Of a stretch of 64,000 bases of DNA, positions 31,120 through 41,800 are shown piece by piece. Each line of letters starts with the position of its first letter. The first letter of the stretch is position 1. The notes beneath the pieces were generated by a model, which saw nothing but the letters and a program-made list of their open reading frames with translations, ran no database searches and was not told the DNA's origin. The DNA is from Ignavibacteriota bacterium (GTDB lineage Bacteria; Bacteroidota; Ignavibacteria; UBA10030), in assembly GCA_003142475.1 (NCBI GenBank), contig PLMK01000025.1, positions 24,532 through 88,531 of the forward strand, written 5' to 3'. A program made the translations under genes and the position numbers.

Positions 31120-31185
31120 AACCTTTTCTAAGTTCCAGCAATGGAACTGAAAAATATTGAAAAGGTATCTTTCAATTTCTTTTGT

Positions 31186-31737
31186 CTATTCCCTCCATTT
31201 AATCGAGCAACCTATAGATGGAAATTGTTCTCGCGTGATTGGTTTGCCAGCAATGAGATCCTCAATCGCTTCCTTCAATTCTTCCTTTGTCACTTTCGAT
31301 TCATCCTGCCAATTGTCATCAACACGTCCGTGATAGACAAGTTTTTGCGTGGCATCAAACAAGTAGATATCCGGCGTACATTGTGCCTTGAATTCGCGCG
31401 CCGTCTTTTGCGTATCGTCAATCAGATATGGAAATGGTATTCCCCATTCCTTTATTTTATTCCGCATTTTGTCCGGTGAGTCATCGGGATAGTCCGGATT
31501 GATATTAGGATTAATTGCCAGAACGTTCATACCGTTTTTCTGCGCATATACACCAAGGCGAATCACACGCGGCCACACTGCTTTCGCATAAGGACAGTGA
31601 TTACAGGTGAATACAATGAGCAGTCCTTTCTTCCCAAACGCATAATCGCTTATTTGAATAACACCATCTGGATCTCTTAAAATAAATTTCGGCATCTTTG
31701 TGCCCAGCGGTATGTCAATAGATTCTAACTGCGCCAT
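31186..31737 (-). CDS. thioredoxin-fold thiol-disulfide oxidoreductase (redoxin/AhpC-TSA-like)
   Basis: CNHCPYAKAV CxxC-type active site in a thioredoxin-like context. Confidence 0.7.
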   Translation of the reverse strand: MAQLESIDIPLGTKMPKFILRDPDGVIQISDYAFGKKGLLIVFTCNHCPYAKAVWPRVIRLGVYAQKNGMNVLAINPNINPDYPDDSPDKMRNKIKEWGIPFPYLIDDTQKTAREFKAQCTPDIYLFDATQKLVYHGRVDDNWQDESKVTKEELKEAIEDLIAGKPITREQFPSIGCSIKWRE

Positions 31738-31942
31738 TCCATTTTTCTCCTTTTGTCACATTGAATACATGAATATTTAATATAAATTACCATTTTTTTT
31801 AACTAAGTATTTAAATATGAATCATCGCAGGCGATGGAAAAATAAGTCCCAATGCTGTAAGAAATCTCAGAAATTTTTGAATTTTTCTTTTCTCTTGCCT
31901 TCCCGCCATAATCGGAAAACTGCTTTGTCTATCTCTTTGCTG

Positions 31943-32773
31943 CTATTTAAGAACGATCTTTTTTGTATCCATCGCAAATGCCGAAAAATATCCCAGGGAT
32001 CCATTGCTCAGATTCGTGTTAGGATTAGCAGGGGACAAAGATGTGGGACTTCGGTCCGATGAGAGGATATCCCTTAAAGTACTAAAGTAATCGTACGAGG
32101 CCTTATCAATAGATAGCAGCTCCAAGGTAATCGTATCTCCGGGCTGCACCTGTCCACCGGCCCGGATTCTTTCTGTCATTTCATTCCCGTTTGTCAGCTT
32201 ATCCGTATAAAGTCGGTAGCGACGGCCATCTATGGAATCAGCAGGAATCAGCGTGCTGGACTTCGCATTGAGACGGTAATAATTCCCAGGTTCCGGCGGA
32301 TCTTTGAATAACACATAAATATCGTATCCTGGTTCTGAACGAAATCCTGTTCTTGCCACCGCGTAGATCGAATCGATCAACACTTTCGCCGGCATAAAGG
32401 ACGAGGCGCTGTATATCTTCCCTTTGCTTACTACAGACATGGAATACGTTCGTCCCGAGATTCCCCTCAAGGTTGTGGAAAGATAGGTTCCTTGGTCACT
32501 CTCTTTTAGTGTGTCCCGTTGTCCATTATCATCTGTTAAAACAATCTGAGCATCAGTAACGGGCGGGAAATAGAGTGATGGTTCAAAATAATTGCCTGTC
32601 ATGCTGACCTTAACAACATACGGGCCTGGTTGATCTGAAATGATGCCTTCGATGACAATGTGCGGGTCGGCTTTGTTGAGATCGATCGACACGACCTCCT
32701 GGCAGGAATTCAAAGCGATGCCTAACAGAATGAATGTTGTCGGCAATAGATATTTTATATTTTCTATTTTCAT
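31943..32773 (-). CDS. DUF4249-family lipoprotein (TonB-dependent-receptor partner)
   Basis: Lipobox ALNSC. Sits immediately downstream of the TBDR gene. Family recalled from typical SusD-less TBDR pairs. Confidence 0.65.
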   Translation of the reverse strand: MKIENIKYLLPTTFILLGIALNSCQEVVSIDLNKADPHIVIEGIISDQPGPYVVKVSMTGNYFEPSLYFPPVTDAQIVLTDDNGQRDTLKESDQGTYLSTTLRGISGRTYSMSVVSKGKIYSASSFMPAKVLIDSIYAVARTGFRSEPGYDIYVLFKDPPEPGNYYRLNAKSSTLIPADSIDGRRYRLYTDKLTNGNEMTERIRAGGQVQPGDTITLELLSIDKASYDYFSTLRDILSSDRSPTSLSPANPNTNLSNGSLGYFSAFAMDTKKIVLK

Positions 32774-32795
32774 AGAGAATCAATCCTTCGTGATT

Positions 32796-35117
32796 CTAAA
32801 AAGTGAAATTATACGTGACCGACGGTATGATCGGGAAGAAGGTCGTCTGTACCGCCTGTGTCTTGTTCGGGTCGTTTGGGTCTTGTTGGAAATTGATAGC
32901 ATAGGGATTCATCCGATTATACGCATTATATAAAGAGAAATTAAGATTGGAATGCGGTCCCAAAGTCCATGTAGCGGAAAGATCTAATCGATGGTACGCC
33001 GGCATACGATAGCCATTCCGCTCTGTATAATATGGCACCAGCCGGCCGTCCAGCCAGTAATTTCCACTGGGGAATGTAACAGCATTACCAGTGTTATATA
33101 CCCAGGTTGCCGAAAAATTCCACTCGCTGTTATGATTATAAATCAGCACAATTGAAATGTCGTGTGTTCGGTCTTGCCGTGCAGGGAATGGGTTGCCATT
33201 ATTTATCTGATCAAATTGTTCTTCTGTTTTTGAAAGCGTATATCCAATCCAGCCGCTGAGTCGGCCAGCGCGTTTTCGAACAAGTAATTCTGCGCCATAA
33301 CTTCTTGCGGTGCCATACAAAAGGAGAGCTTCCACCGTCGGATTGATTTGCAGGTCGGCACCATTCTTATAATCGATAACATTTTGCATGCGTTTGTAAT
33401 ACAATTCTAGAGACGCTTCATATTCATTATCAAGAAAATTTCTGAAGTAGCCTGCATCAATTTGATCGGCAAATTGCGGTTTTACATTATTCGTACTTGG
33501 CACCCACACATCGCTTGGATTTGTTGTTGTAGAATTCGAAAGAAGGTGAAGGTATTGCGTTGTACGAGTGTAGGAAGTTTTCAGAGAACTTGTTTCGTTT
33601 AAGAGGATGTTTACAGCAAGCCTCGGCTCCAGCGAAACATATGTTTTAATAATATTGCCGGATCCGTATGTCAATGTGTCAGAAATATTTCCATATTCAT
33701 CATAATCATAGAGATGTGCAGGACCAATCAAACTAAAGGCCGAGAACCTCAACCCATAGTTTACTTTCACACCGGGTATCATATCAATCTCATGCGCAAC
33801 GTACAAAGCGTTCTCAAGGGCGAATTTGTTTTCAAGCGCCGTATTGTTGATGATACTTCCAGCAATTGAGGTTACCTTTCCTGGAAGAAAGGTGTGATAA
33901 ATAGAATTGAGGCCGAACTTCACAGTTCCAGAAGCATCGGTAAAATATTGAAAATCGGTTTTAAAGTTCAGGTCTTGGATTCCGGAAGTGATCTGGAATT
34001 GACTTGTGCCGACTCCAATGGTGTTGCTATATTCATAATCGCTGTAAATAAGCGAAGTGTTGGAAAATAAATGATTAGCGAAAATATGATTCCATCGAAG
34101 TGTCGCTGTTGTATTACCCCAATTGAATCCAAACGTATTGGAAAATGCAAAATTGTCACGCCCAAAATAACCGGAAAGGTACAATCGGTCTTTATCGCCA
34201 AGGGTATAGTTCGCTTTCATATTCAGATCGTAGAAATATAAACTCGCACGGTTAAGAGTTGTGTCGCTGGACAGTTTAAGGAAAAGATCTGCATATGTGC
34301 GCCTCCCCGAGATGATGAATGATCCCTGATCCTTCACAATAGGTCCTTCCACCATCAGGCGTGATGCCAGCAATCCAATGCCGCCCGAACCACCAAATTC
34401 CTTGTTGTTGCCGTCGTTTGTGCGAATATCCAATACCGAAGAGAGTCTACCGCCATATTCTGCCGGTATGCCTCCTGTCATGACTTTCACATCTTTGATC
34501 GCGTCGGAATTAAAAACCGAAAGAAATCCGAGGAGGTGAGAGGAATTGTAAATCGGTGCCTCGTCCAGAACGATTAAATTCTGATCTGTTCCTCCGCCCC
34601 GCGCATAGAAACCAGTGCTTCCTTCTCCGGCAGATTGTATTCCGGGGAGCAATTGAATCGTTTTTAAAATATCTTTTTCACCGAGAAGGACCGGGATCGA
34701 TTCAATTTCCTTTACTTCTAATTTATTAACTCCTATTTCAGTCGAGGTAACGTTTGCGTTCGACCGTTCGCCGGAAACAACCACTTCTCCCAGTTTGATC
34801 GGTTCCGGTGTCAGATCATAATTGATCAATCTATTGTCATTGAAATTTAATGTATCCTTTCGAGTTTTGAATCCAAGATACTGAACAAGAATTGTGTAGG
34901 TACCTTCTGGAAAGGTCAATGAATAAAATCCGTAAGCATTCGAAGTAACACCAACACCCGGGAGTTCTTTTACAAGAAGCGTTGCACCAATAAGCACCTC
35001 GCCGGTTTCTCCATTTCTGATAGTTCCACTCAGTGTAAATCTATTTTGTGAGACGGAAGGAAGTGTGAGAATGAACGTAAGAATAATTAGCTGGATTGAT
35101 AGTGATTGCTTTTTCAT
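32796..35117 (-). CDS. TonB-dependent outer-membrane receptor with N-terminal carboxypeptidase-regulatory-like domain
   Basis: Signal peptide, CarbopepD_reg-like segment (FTLSGTIRNGETGEVLIGATLLV), plug region and a 22-strand-sized barrel ending in a terminal aromatic (…YNFTF). Confidence 0.9.
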   Translation of the reverse strand: MKKQSLSIQLIILTFILTLPSVSQNRFTLSGTIRNGETGEVLIGATLLVKELPGVGVTSNAYGFYSLTFPEGTYTILVQYLGFKTRKDTLNFNDNRLINYDLTPEPIKLGEVVVSGERSNANVTSTEIGVNKLEVKEIESIPVLLGEKDILKTIQLLPGIQSAGEGSTGFYARGGGTDQNLIVLDEAPIYNSSHLLGFLSVFNSDAIKDVKVMTGGIPAEYGGRLSSVLDIRTNDGNNKEFGGSGGIGLLASRLMVEGPIVKDQGSFIISGRRTYADLFLKLSSDTTLNRASLYFYDLNMKANYTLGDKDRLYLSGYFGRDNFAFSNTFGFNWGNTTATLRWNHIFANHLFSNTSLIYSDYEYSNTIGVGTSQFQITSGIQDLNFKTDFQYFTDASGTVKFGLNSIYHTFLPGKVTSIAGSIINNTALENKFALENALYVAHEIDMIPGVKVNYGLRFSAFSLIGPAHLYDYDEYGNISDTLTYGSGNIIKTYVSLEPRLAVNILLNETSSLKTSYTRTTQYLHLLSNSTTTNPSDVWVPSTNNVKPQFADQIDAGYFRNFLDNEYEASLELYYKRMQNVIDYKNGADLQINPTVEALLLYGTARSYGAELLVRKRAGRLSGWIGYTLSKTEEQFDQINNGNPFPARQDRTHDISIVLIYNHNSEWNFSATWVYNTGNAVTFPSGNYWLDGRLVPYYTERNGYRMPAYHRLDLSATWTLGPHSNLNFSLYNAYNRMNPYAINFQQDPNDPNKTQAVQTTFFPIIPSVTYNFTF

Positions 35118-35126
35118 AGTAGTACC

Positions 35127-35152
35127 AACGTTCTAGGCATTTATTTTGTTCC
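35127..35152 (-). promoter_or_regulatory. candidate ECF-sigma-type promoter (GGAAC-N17-CGTT) upstream of TonB-dependent receptor gene
   Basis: Read on the minus strand: GGAACaaaataaatgcctagaaCGTTggtac. The -10-like element is only ~10 nt from the ATG. Confidence 0.3.
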
Positions 35153-35331
35153 CGCTTAAGATGAGTCACTTGTGTAATTGAGTAAAGCGATAACGGATTA
35201 TAATAATAGAAAAGAAGTAATTGATACCTGTGTATATTGCTAGAGCGAAGTCGAGGATCGCAACACTCGACTCGCTCCAGTTCATACTCATCAGATGATA
35301 GGATATTATATTCTCGAACTAGACTTGTGGT

Positions 35332-35787
35332 TCAACGGAACCGCCGATGATGGAAGAATCCAGAATGATATCCCATACGTACAGAGAATGTCGGATAATA
35401 CCAATATGGATAAAATCCATCATACCAGAAGAACGAAGGATAGGCATAATATCGCACTCCATTCGAATCACTAGTCTTGCCGGATGGTTGGGATGGCGGC
35501 TGCATCATAGCCGCGACTACTTTATCGCTCACTCCTGCGTTTCTGAGATCAATGACATCCTGAGTTTTCAATTGGAACCACGAATCTGTTGCATCCATCA
35601 TTCCAATGATGAGACTATCGCTCACTCCAGCTTTTGATAAAGCAATCACGTCATCTATCTTCATCAACCGGAGCGAATCTACTTTCATCGAATGGTCCTT
35701 GTGGCTTTGCGAATATTGCTCTGCTGCACATCCGGCAAATCCAAGTGCTATCACAATGAAGGTGAGTATAATCAATTTGTGTGTCAT
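35332..35787 (-). CDS. lipoprotein with two tandem ~22-aa repeats
   Basis: Lipobox GFAGC. Repeats KIDDVIALSKAGVSDSLIIGMM / KTQDVIDLRNAGVSDKVVAAMM. Tyr/Trp-rich C-terminus. Confidence 0.5.
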   Translation of the reverse strand: MTHKLIILTFIVIALGFAGCAAEQYSQSHKDHSMKVDSLRLMKIDDVIALSKAGVSDSLIIGMMDATDSWFQLKTQDVIDLRNAGVSDKVVAAMMQPPSQPSGKTSDSNGVRYYAYPSFFWYDGFYPYWYYPTFSVRMGYHSGFFHHRRFR

Positions 35788-35923
35788 ATTACCTCCAATT
35801 TTATTATCTACTAATTAGACGTATCGTTACCTCCATAAGTTTAATTGAGTACGATGGAACATATCATATGGAAGCGTGAAATATTATCCTGCATTTTATT
35901 GATTGTTGTTTCACATTAGTACA

Positions 35924-35949
35924 AACGTTTTAAGCGGGTCTTTTGTTCC
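35924..35949 (-). promoter_or_regulatory. candidate ECF-sigma-type promoter (GGAAC-N17-CGTT) upstream of the repeat lipoprotein gene
   Basis: Minus-strand reading GGAACaaaagacccgcttaaaaCGTTtgtac. It has the same spacing and the same extended flanks (..GGAACAAAA.. / ..AACGTTtGTAC) as the site at 35127-35152. Confidence 0.35.
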
Positions 35950-36081
35950 TGTCTCAAGATATAACGCCTCTGCAGTAGTGTAGAGCGATGATGAGAGTTA
36001 TAAGGAAGAAAGGATGAGAACGTTCTCTGATATAAGAACGAGGAATTTCAGTAAAAGAGGTTATTCTTGGTTATTATTTTC

Positions 36082-38874
36082 TTAAGCCTTCCAACCCTGC
36101 ACCCACGCTGTGCCACAGAGTCCGGTGTATGGACAACGCGGACAACTCTTGCTGAGATCGGCGGGCGGCGAGAAAGGAGTCGCTGCGTTATTTATCTCCT
36201 TTAGTATAAGCTCAATGAGTTGTTTGATTTGTTCAAAGCAAGTCACACGTTCTTCAGTATCTTCCCCAAAAACTACCTCACATTCTTTGCCGAGCCGGTT
36301 CTTACCAAGGTAGAGGTACGCGGGAACGATTTCTTCTACCACAGTTTTTGTATGAATGCTATACAACAAAAGATACATCGGCAATTGCAGAGATGTAACC
36401 GCTTCGTTCCAGCTTTCTCGTTCATCAATATGGAGATTGAGCTTGCCGAAATTAATCGGCGGCTTGCTTGGCTTCGGCCCGGTCTTATAATCGAGTATGA
36501 AAATCTTATTGCTGCGCTGCTCAATGCGGTCAAGACGTCCTTCAAACTTTGTCCCTAATGCATGAATCAATATCTTTTCTTCAAGTCCCTTTATAATTAT
36601 TTCGCTTGCCTCAGTCATCGGTTGTTGGTATTCTTTAAGCAGCGTTTCCATTTGCCGCTGAATCTGCCGTTTCAGTAAATATGCTGCTCCCGCTGGTTCA
36701 ACTCCGAATTCCTGCGCGAACAATTCATCCACCACTTTTTTCATGCGTTCAGGCAACAGATCGCGTGTTTCTAATTTTCTTCCTATACATGGTGCAAAAA
36801 AATTATCCAGCACCTCATGAACAAACTTGCCAACCTCCTGACTATCAATATCCTCCGAAGCTTCTTCTTTTTCTTGTAAGCGCATGATGTACCGGTAGTA
36901 AAACTTAATTGGACATTGTAGATACGTGTCTAATGCGCTCGCGCTGTATGTGAATCCTTGTATAATTGAAAGCACATCATCCGATTTAGAAATTGGGAGA
37001 ACGGTTTCATTGGCAAGTTTCACATGATAACGCACTGTCTGAACGTAATTATCGGATGAAAATAAACCATCTCGCTTCTGGCGTTCCCACAGCAATTGCT
37101 CAACGAATCGGCTCTTATCGCTCTCACCGGATTCAGAGAAAAAGAGATGCACGCGATTTGCGCCACGTACGAGTAGGTGAAAATAATACTCGCTCAATTC
37201 ATCCCGATCATGCCGCGTTTCCAATCCTAATTTTTCGCGCAGCTGCTGCGGTAAAAGCATATCGCTGCCGATACCACCGGGCAGGATGTCATCATTCACA
37301 TTTAATAAATATACGTCATCAAAGTGCAGACTGCGCGTTTCTAATAAACCGAGCACTTGCAAACCTCGAAGCGGTGTGCCGGAGAACGGAACATCTTGAA
37401 GAGCTACATATTGTTGAAGGAAGTTAAAATATCCAGAGGCATCGAGAAACGATGCACTTCCAACAAACGATTGTTCCAAGTGCAGAAATACTTTCAGCAG
37501 CGCTTCTGCATAAAGACGAAACAGTGGATGTAGACGAGCGGTGCTTTGTTCGTAGATATAGGTGAGGACTTCAATGACATTATGCGCAAATTCTTTGACC
37601 GATGTAATATTTTCAAGTAGGCGAATGGTTGATGAATGTATTGTGTGAATATGTTTTTTCAACTGCTCCGGCGTAACTTTATTGTCGAATTCTGAAATTG
37701 CAAATGCAACATTCGTAAAGATTTCATCCGACTGCTCTATTTCTTCCAGTGTAATGAGGATTTTAGATTTATCATTCGTCAGCGTAGATTCTATTGCATG
37801 AAAAAGCATACGTGTAACATCTGTGCGTTGATCCAAGCGGATGTTTTTGGTGTACGGATGCAGAATATATTTTATGTACTGTACCGCCGAGTACCGCTCT
37901 CCTTGCTTCGAGCACACTAATTCCATGAGATTGTTCAGAAAACCATAGATCGGTGTGCGCGCCATTGGATATTCAAGCGCAATATTGTATTGTTCTTGCG
38001 GCATCAACGAAAGCGTTTGATGCACAACAGGAAAGAGTGCATCGGCAGTTGGCAGAACAATTACCGAGTGTTCATCGAGCTGTGCGCTACTATCCAATTG
38101 TTTCTTGATAAGCGCCGAAAGTGCAAAGACCTGTCCGTGTGTATCGGATGCTTTGTAGAAATGAATCTCCGGTTCCGGTGTTCCTTCTTCAATTTTATCC
38201 GTTTGAAGCACGAACAACGTATTCGATCGCTTCTGTAAATCCTCAAAAATGATTTGCTCGGCGTGAGTTAGCTTAAATAATCCCGCCACAACGATCTGTG
38301 TGTAACAGCTGAGATCCAGTTCGCTGATATGTTCGGCAACTTCCATGTAACGAACCGCGCGCGTTGTAAAATCTTTTTCCGCTGCAAGTGCGTAGAACTT
38401 TGTGTAATATTCCGCAAGTGAAAAGAGCCGATTGTACGTGAGTGCCGACAGTACTTCTCTCAGCTTTCGTTCGGGAAGATTCGCCAGCCGGAGTTCTTCC
38501 AATTCACCAAACAGCTTTAATCCAATTGGAATGAATGCATCGAGCGTTGTAAAGTAATCGCCGCCCAATCGTTCCTTTAATCCGCTATGCACAAGGTGAA
38601 GCAAAGCGACCGCATCAATCGGTTCCAGATCATGCACGGGCTCCGGATGAAAATGCTGATACAGCGAAAGAATAAATTCATCCACGGAAAATATTTTTGG
38701 AGGAATGATACTACCGCCAGAACGATGAGCAAGTTCTTTCCGCAAGAAATGTGCGGGGCGTTTTCCCGGGAAAACAATTGCACTCGTTGAGAAATCTCTT
38801 CCATGTGAATCAAGAAGAGAGGCAACAGTTTCAATAAGATGATCGGTTGGACCAAGGACAATGCGTTCGCTCAT
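36082..38874 (-). CDS. AddB-like PD-(D/E)XK nuclease subunit with C-terminal Fe-S cysteine cluster
   Basis: 930 aa with no Walker A. ILDYKTG nuclease motif. Four Cys (C...CPRCPYTGLC) at the extreme C-terminus, as in AddB iron-staple domains. Confidence 0.7.
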   Translation of the reverse strand: MSERIVLGPTDHLIETVASLLDSHGRDFSTSAIVFPGKRPAHFLRKELAHRSGGSIIPPKIFSVDEFILSLYQHFHPEPVHDLEPIDAVALLHLVHSGLKERLGGDYFTTLDAFIPIGLKLFGELEELRLANLPERKLREVLSALTYNRLFSLAEYYTKFYALAAEKDFTTRAVRYMEVAEHISELDLSCYTQIVVAGLFKLTHAEQIIFEDLQKRSNTLFVLQTDKIEEGTPEPEIHFYKASDTHGQVFALSALIKKQLDSSAQLDEHSVIVLPTADALFPVVHQTLSLMPQEQYNIALEYPMARTPIYGFLNNLMELVCSKQGERYSAVQYIKYILHPYTKNIRLDQRTDVTRMLFHAIESTLTNDKSKILITLEEIEQSDEIFTNVAFAISEFDNKVTPEQLKKHIHTIHSSTIRLLENITSVKEFAHNVIEVLTYIYEQSTARLHPLFRLYAEALLKVFLHLEQSFVGSASFLDASGYFNFLQQYVALQDVPFSGTPLRGLQVLGLLETRSLHFDDVYLLNVNDDILPGGIGSDMLLPQQLREKLGLETRHDRDELSEYYFHLLVRGANRVHLFFSESGESDKSRFVEQLLWERQKRDGLFSSDNYVQTVRYHVKLANETVLPISKSDDVLSIIQGFTYSASALDTYLQCPIKFYYRYIMRLQEKEEASEDIDSQEVGKFVHEVLDNFFAPCIGRKLETRDLLPERMKKVVDELFAQEFGVEPAGAAYLLKRQIQRQMETLLKEYQQPMTEASEIIIKGLEEKILIHALGTKFEGRLDRIEQRSNKIFILDYKTGPKPSKPPINFGKLNLHIDERESWNEAVTSLQLPMYLLLYSIHTKTVVEEIVPAYLYLGKNRLGKECEVVFGEDTEERVTCFEQIKQLIELILKEINNAATPFSPPADLSKSCPRCPYTGLCGTAWVQGWKA

Positions 38875-41800
38875 GCAACCACCCGCAATTTCTTTCGGTC
38901 CATAAAAGCCAAAACACCGCGAACGGTACGGCCGGGATAAAAGTTTTGAAGAATGTTTATGTACCCTTGCACTTGATCAGTATATCCTTCTTTATCATCT
39001 CCTGTTTTGAAATCAAGAACTGTCACCGTATCCTTATCGACAATAATCCGGTCCATGCGGAAGAGCCGTCCCTCCGGATTAACAAATTCTTGTTCATTCA
39101 TTATTTTTCTGCCTTCAATGTGAACAAAGAACGGCGCGATTTCCGGCGAGTGCAGAAATTCAAGTATTGACGATTTGATGCGCTCCTCATCAGCGGGCTG
39201 CATCCAGCTTCCCGTAACATTCTTTATCGATGATGAGATGAGCATCTCAACGTCCGCATCTGCGAACTCTACTTGCGACAACACATCGTGAATAGCATCA
39301 CCGCGACGGCGTTCATACAGCGCCAGCTTCTCTGATGAAATATTGCTTACTGGCACTCGCACCGACGAATGATACAGAGGCACGGCCGGCTCGATTGATT
39401 GCTTTTGTTTTTCTACTTCAGGTTTTACCGACGGTTCATAGCCGGAAGTCGGTAGGAATTTTGACGGCTCATCTGAATATTCATTCTTTACACCGATTAC
39501 ATACATCTCTTCTTTTGCTCTCGTAAATGCCACGTACAATTTGTTGAGGTCATCTATCGCTCGTTCAATGCGGTGCTGATTGTATATTTCCTGAAGCGTG
39601 TCGTCAAACGCTGCATTTTTTTGAGTAATGTGCACTAACCGTACACCGTCGGCATTTTCTTCGACAAATAAATTATCGGATCGCAATTTAGAATCTACGA
39701 GTAAAACGATGACAACTCGATTGTCTAATCCTTTCGCCTTGTGGATTGTCATCACAGAAACGGCATCCGCACCATGCGGCACCGCGATATTCCAATCTGC
39801 ATCGTCCGCTTCATCATCAGCAAAGGCAAGAAAATCTTTTAGATTATTCTGTCCAATCTCTTCAAAATTATTCATCACATCCAACAGCTTTGCAAGTGCA
39901 CCTTCTTCTTCTGGTGCAATCTCGAACAATCGAAATTGTTTATAGATTTCTGATAAGAGATCGTACATCGGCAAGTAACCAACAACTCTGAAAAGTTCAT
40001 CAAAGTACTGCTTCCAGATATCGACATAACGCAAGCGGAACAATGCATACAGCGGCGCTGGGTGTTCTGTTCTTCGCGCCTGAAGAAGGAACGAGTGAAG
40101 TTCCTCTTGCGCCAACTTCACATTATCAGCAGCAAGTGCGCGATGAAACGTACCGCTCAGTAAAACGGTTGCAAATGCGAGATCATCAATCGGCGAATCG
40201 AGGAAGCGAAGAAGCGCAATGATATCATCGGTGATTGCACGCCCGCGAATATCGAGACTACTGTGCGAAATAAATGGAATATGTTCGCCATTAAGCCATC
40301 CACTGACCGCAACGACATGTTCATTCTTCGGAGTCAGGATTGTGATATCGCCATATCGGTAACCACGCGTGTGGCAATCGTGGACAATTTCTAAAATTTT
40401 CGCGCGTTCCTGTTCTTGTTCTTCATCTTTTTCAAACGAAACAACCTCAACGTATCCTTTCTTCTTATTATTTTCTTCAACCTCTTGTTTGAACATTGAC
40501 AACCCGCTGGCATGTGGTGCGTCGTCATCTATTACTGATGGCACGATGGAATGAAAAACTGTTTTGTTGAAATCGAGAATACGTTCGAAGCTGCGGTAAT
40601 TTGTTTCTAATTCCCGAACTTCCGGCGGTGCTGATGGAAAAACGTTGTTCGTCATGACGTTTTTCATAATGCGCCAATCGGCATGACGGAATGCATAAAT
40701 AGATTGTTTTGTGTCTCCGACAACAAATAAACTTCCCTGCTTTGAAAGCGCTTCGGCAAACAGCGGTTTTATTGCTTCCCACTGCACTGGTGCTGTGTCC
40801 TGAAACTCATCGATGAGATAATGGTAGATGGCATCGCCCAAATAAAAATATACTTGCGGTACAATTTCTTCCGAAATATAATGCAGAAGCGTACGATTGA
40901 CATCGGAAAGATTCACCTGACCGTTGCGCCTCATAATCTGTTCGATAGTGCCCCGAAACAATTTATGTGCTTCGACGTACGGAAGATAGTAGTGATATGC
41001 CTGCTGCACAACATATTCTGCAGCAAGCGAGCTGAACTTCTCCTGCAAGGGCGCAAACCGTGTATTCCATTCTTCCGTTACTTCTTTTTCAGTCTTCGAT
41101 TTGCCGGTTTTCACCGGTTTATTGATGCTTTTCAATTCTATCAGCTTGTCTACTTCTCCGGCTTGAGCAACAGCAGCGACATTTTCAAAATTCTTTGTTG
41201 TCTCCAAACCAGAATCTCGTACAAGTGCATGGAGTTGGTGAAACGTATCAAGAATTTCCTTACGCAATGCGTTCACCGATCTGCCGTTTTCAGAAGAAGG
41301 TAAAATTTCTTTTGATTGTGCGCTTAATGTGTTATACAGATTGCGGACTTCATCGGAGAGTTTTTGAAATGGATTCCAAATATAGCGGGAAGAAGTATTT
41401 TGGCTTTCAACAAGAATATCTGTTAGTTCTTCAAGTAATTGTTGCCTTGACGGATCGGTTGCAAGTTCGCGGACGAATTGTTCAAAAGCCGCATCAAGTA
41501 TTGCGCGGTTGTTCAGTACAATTTCAAGCGTTGGTGAAAAACCAAACTCCAACGCCGAAGCGCGAAACACTCGCGCCATAAAGCTGTCGATCGTTTGCAC
41601 CTGAAATGCCGAGTAATCCTGCAATATCGTTTCAATCAATTCGCCGCACCGAGTGCGAAGGTTCGCTTCATCCATTGAAACGAGAGGGCACAATTGATCA
41701 AGAATATTTTTATTCCCGTGGAATGTTCTCTTCAGATATTCCAGAACACGCTGGCGCATTTCAGCGGCTGCATTCTTGGTGAACGTCATCGCCAGCACAT

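Noticed and set aside
35118-35160. Sigma-54 promoter (GG-N10-GC) reading of GGGAACaaaataaaTGC upstream of the TonB-dependent receptor
   Set aside because: The spacing between GG and GC is 13, not 10. The ECF-type GGAAC-N17-CGTT reading fits better and is shared with the second site.
35243-35277. 12/13-bp hairpin gagcgaagtcgag...ctcgactcgctc downstream of the lipoprotein gene as intrinsic terminator
   Set aside because: No U-tract follows on the transcribed (minus) strand. It may still be a structural or processing element but cannot be called a terminator.
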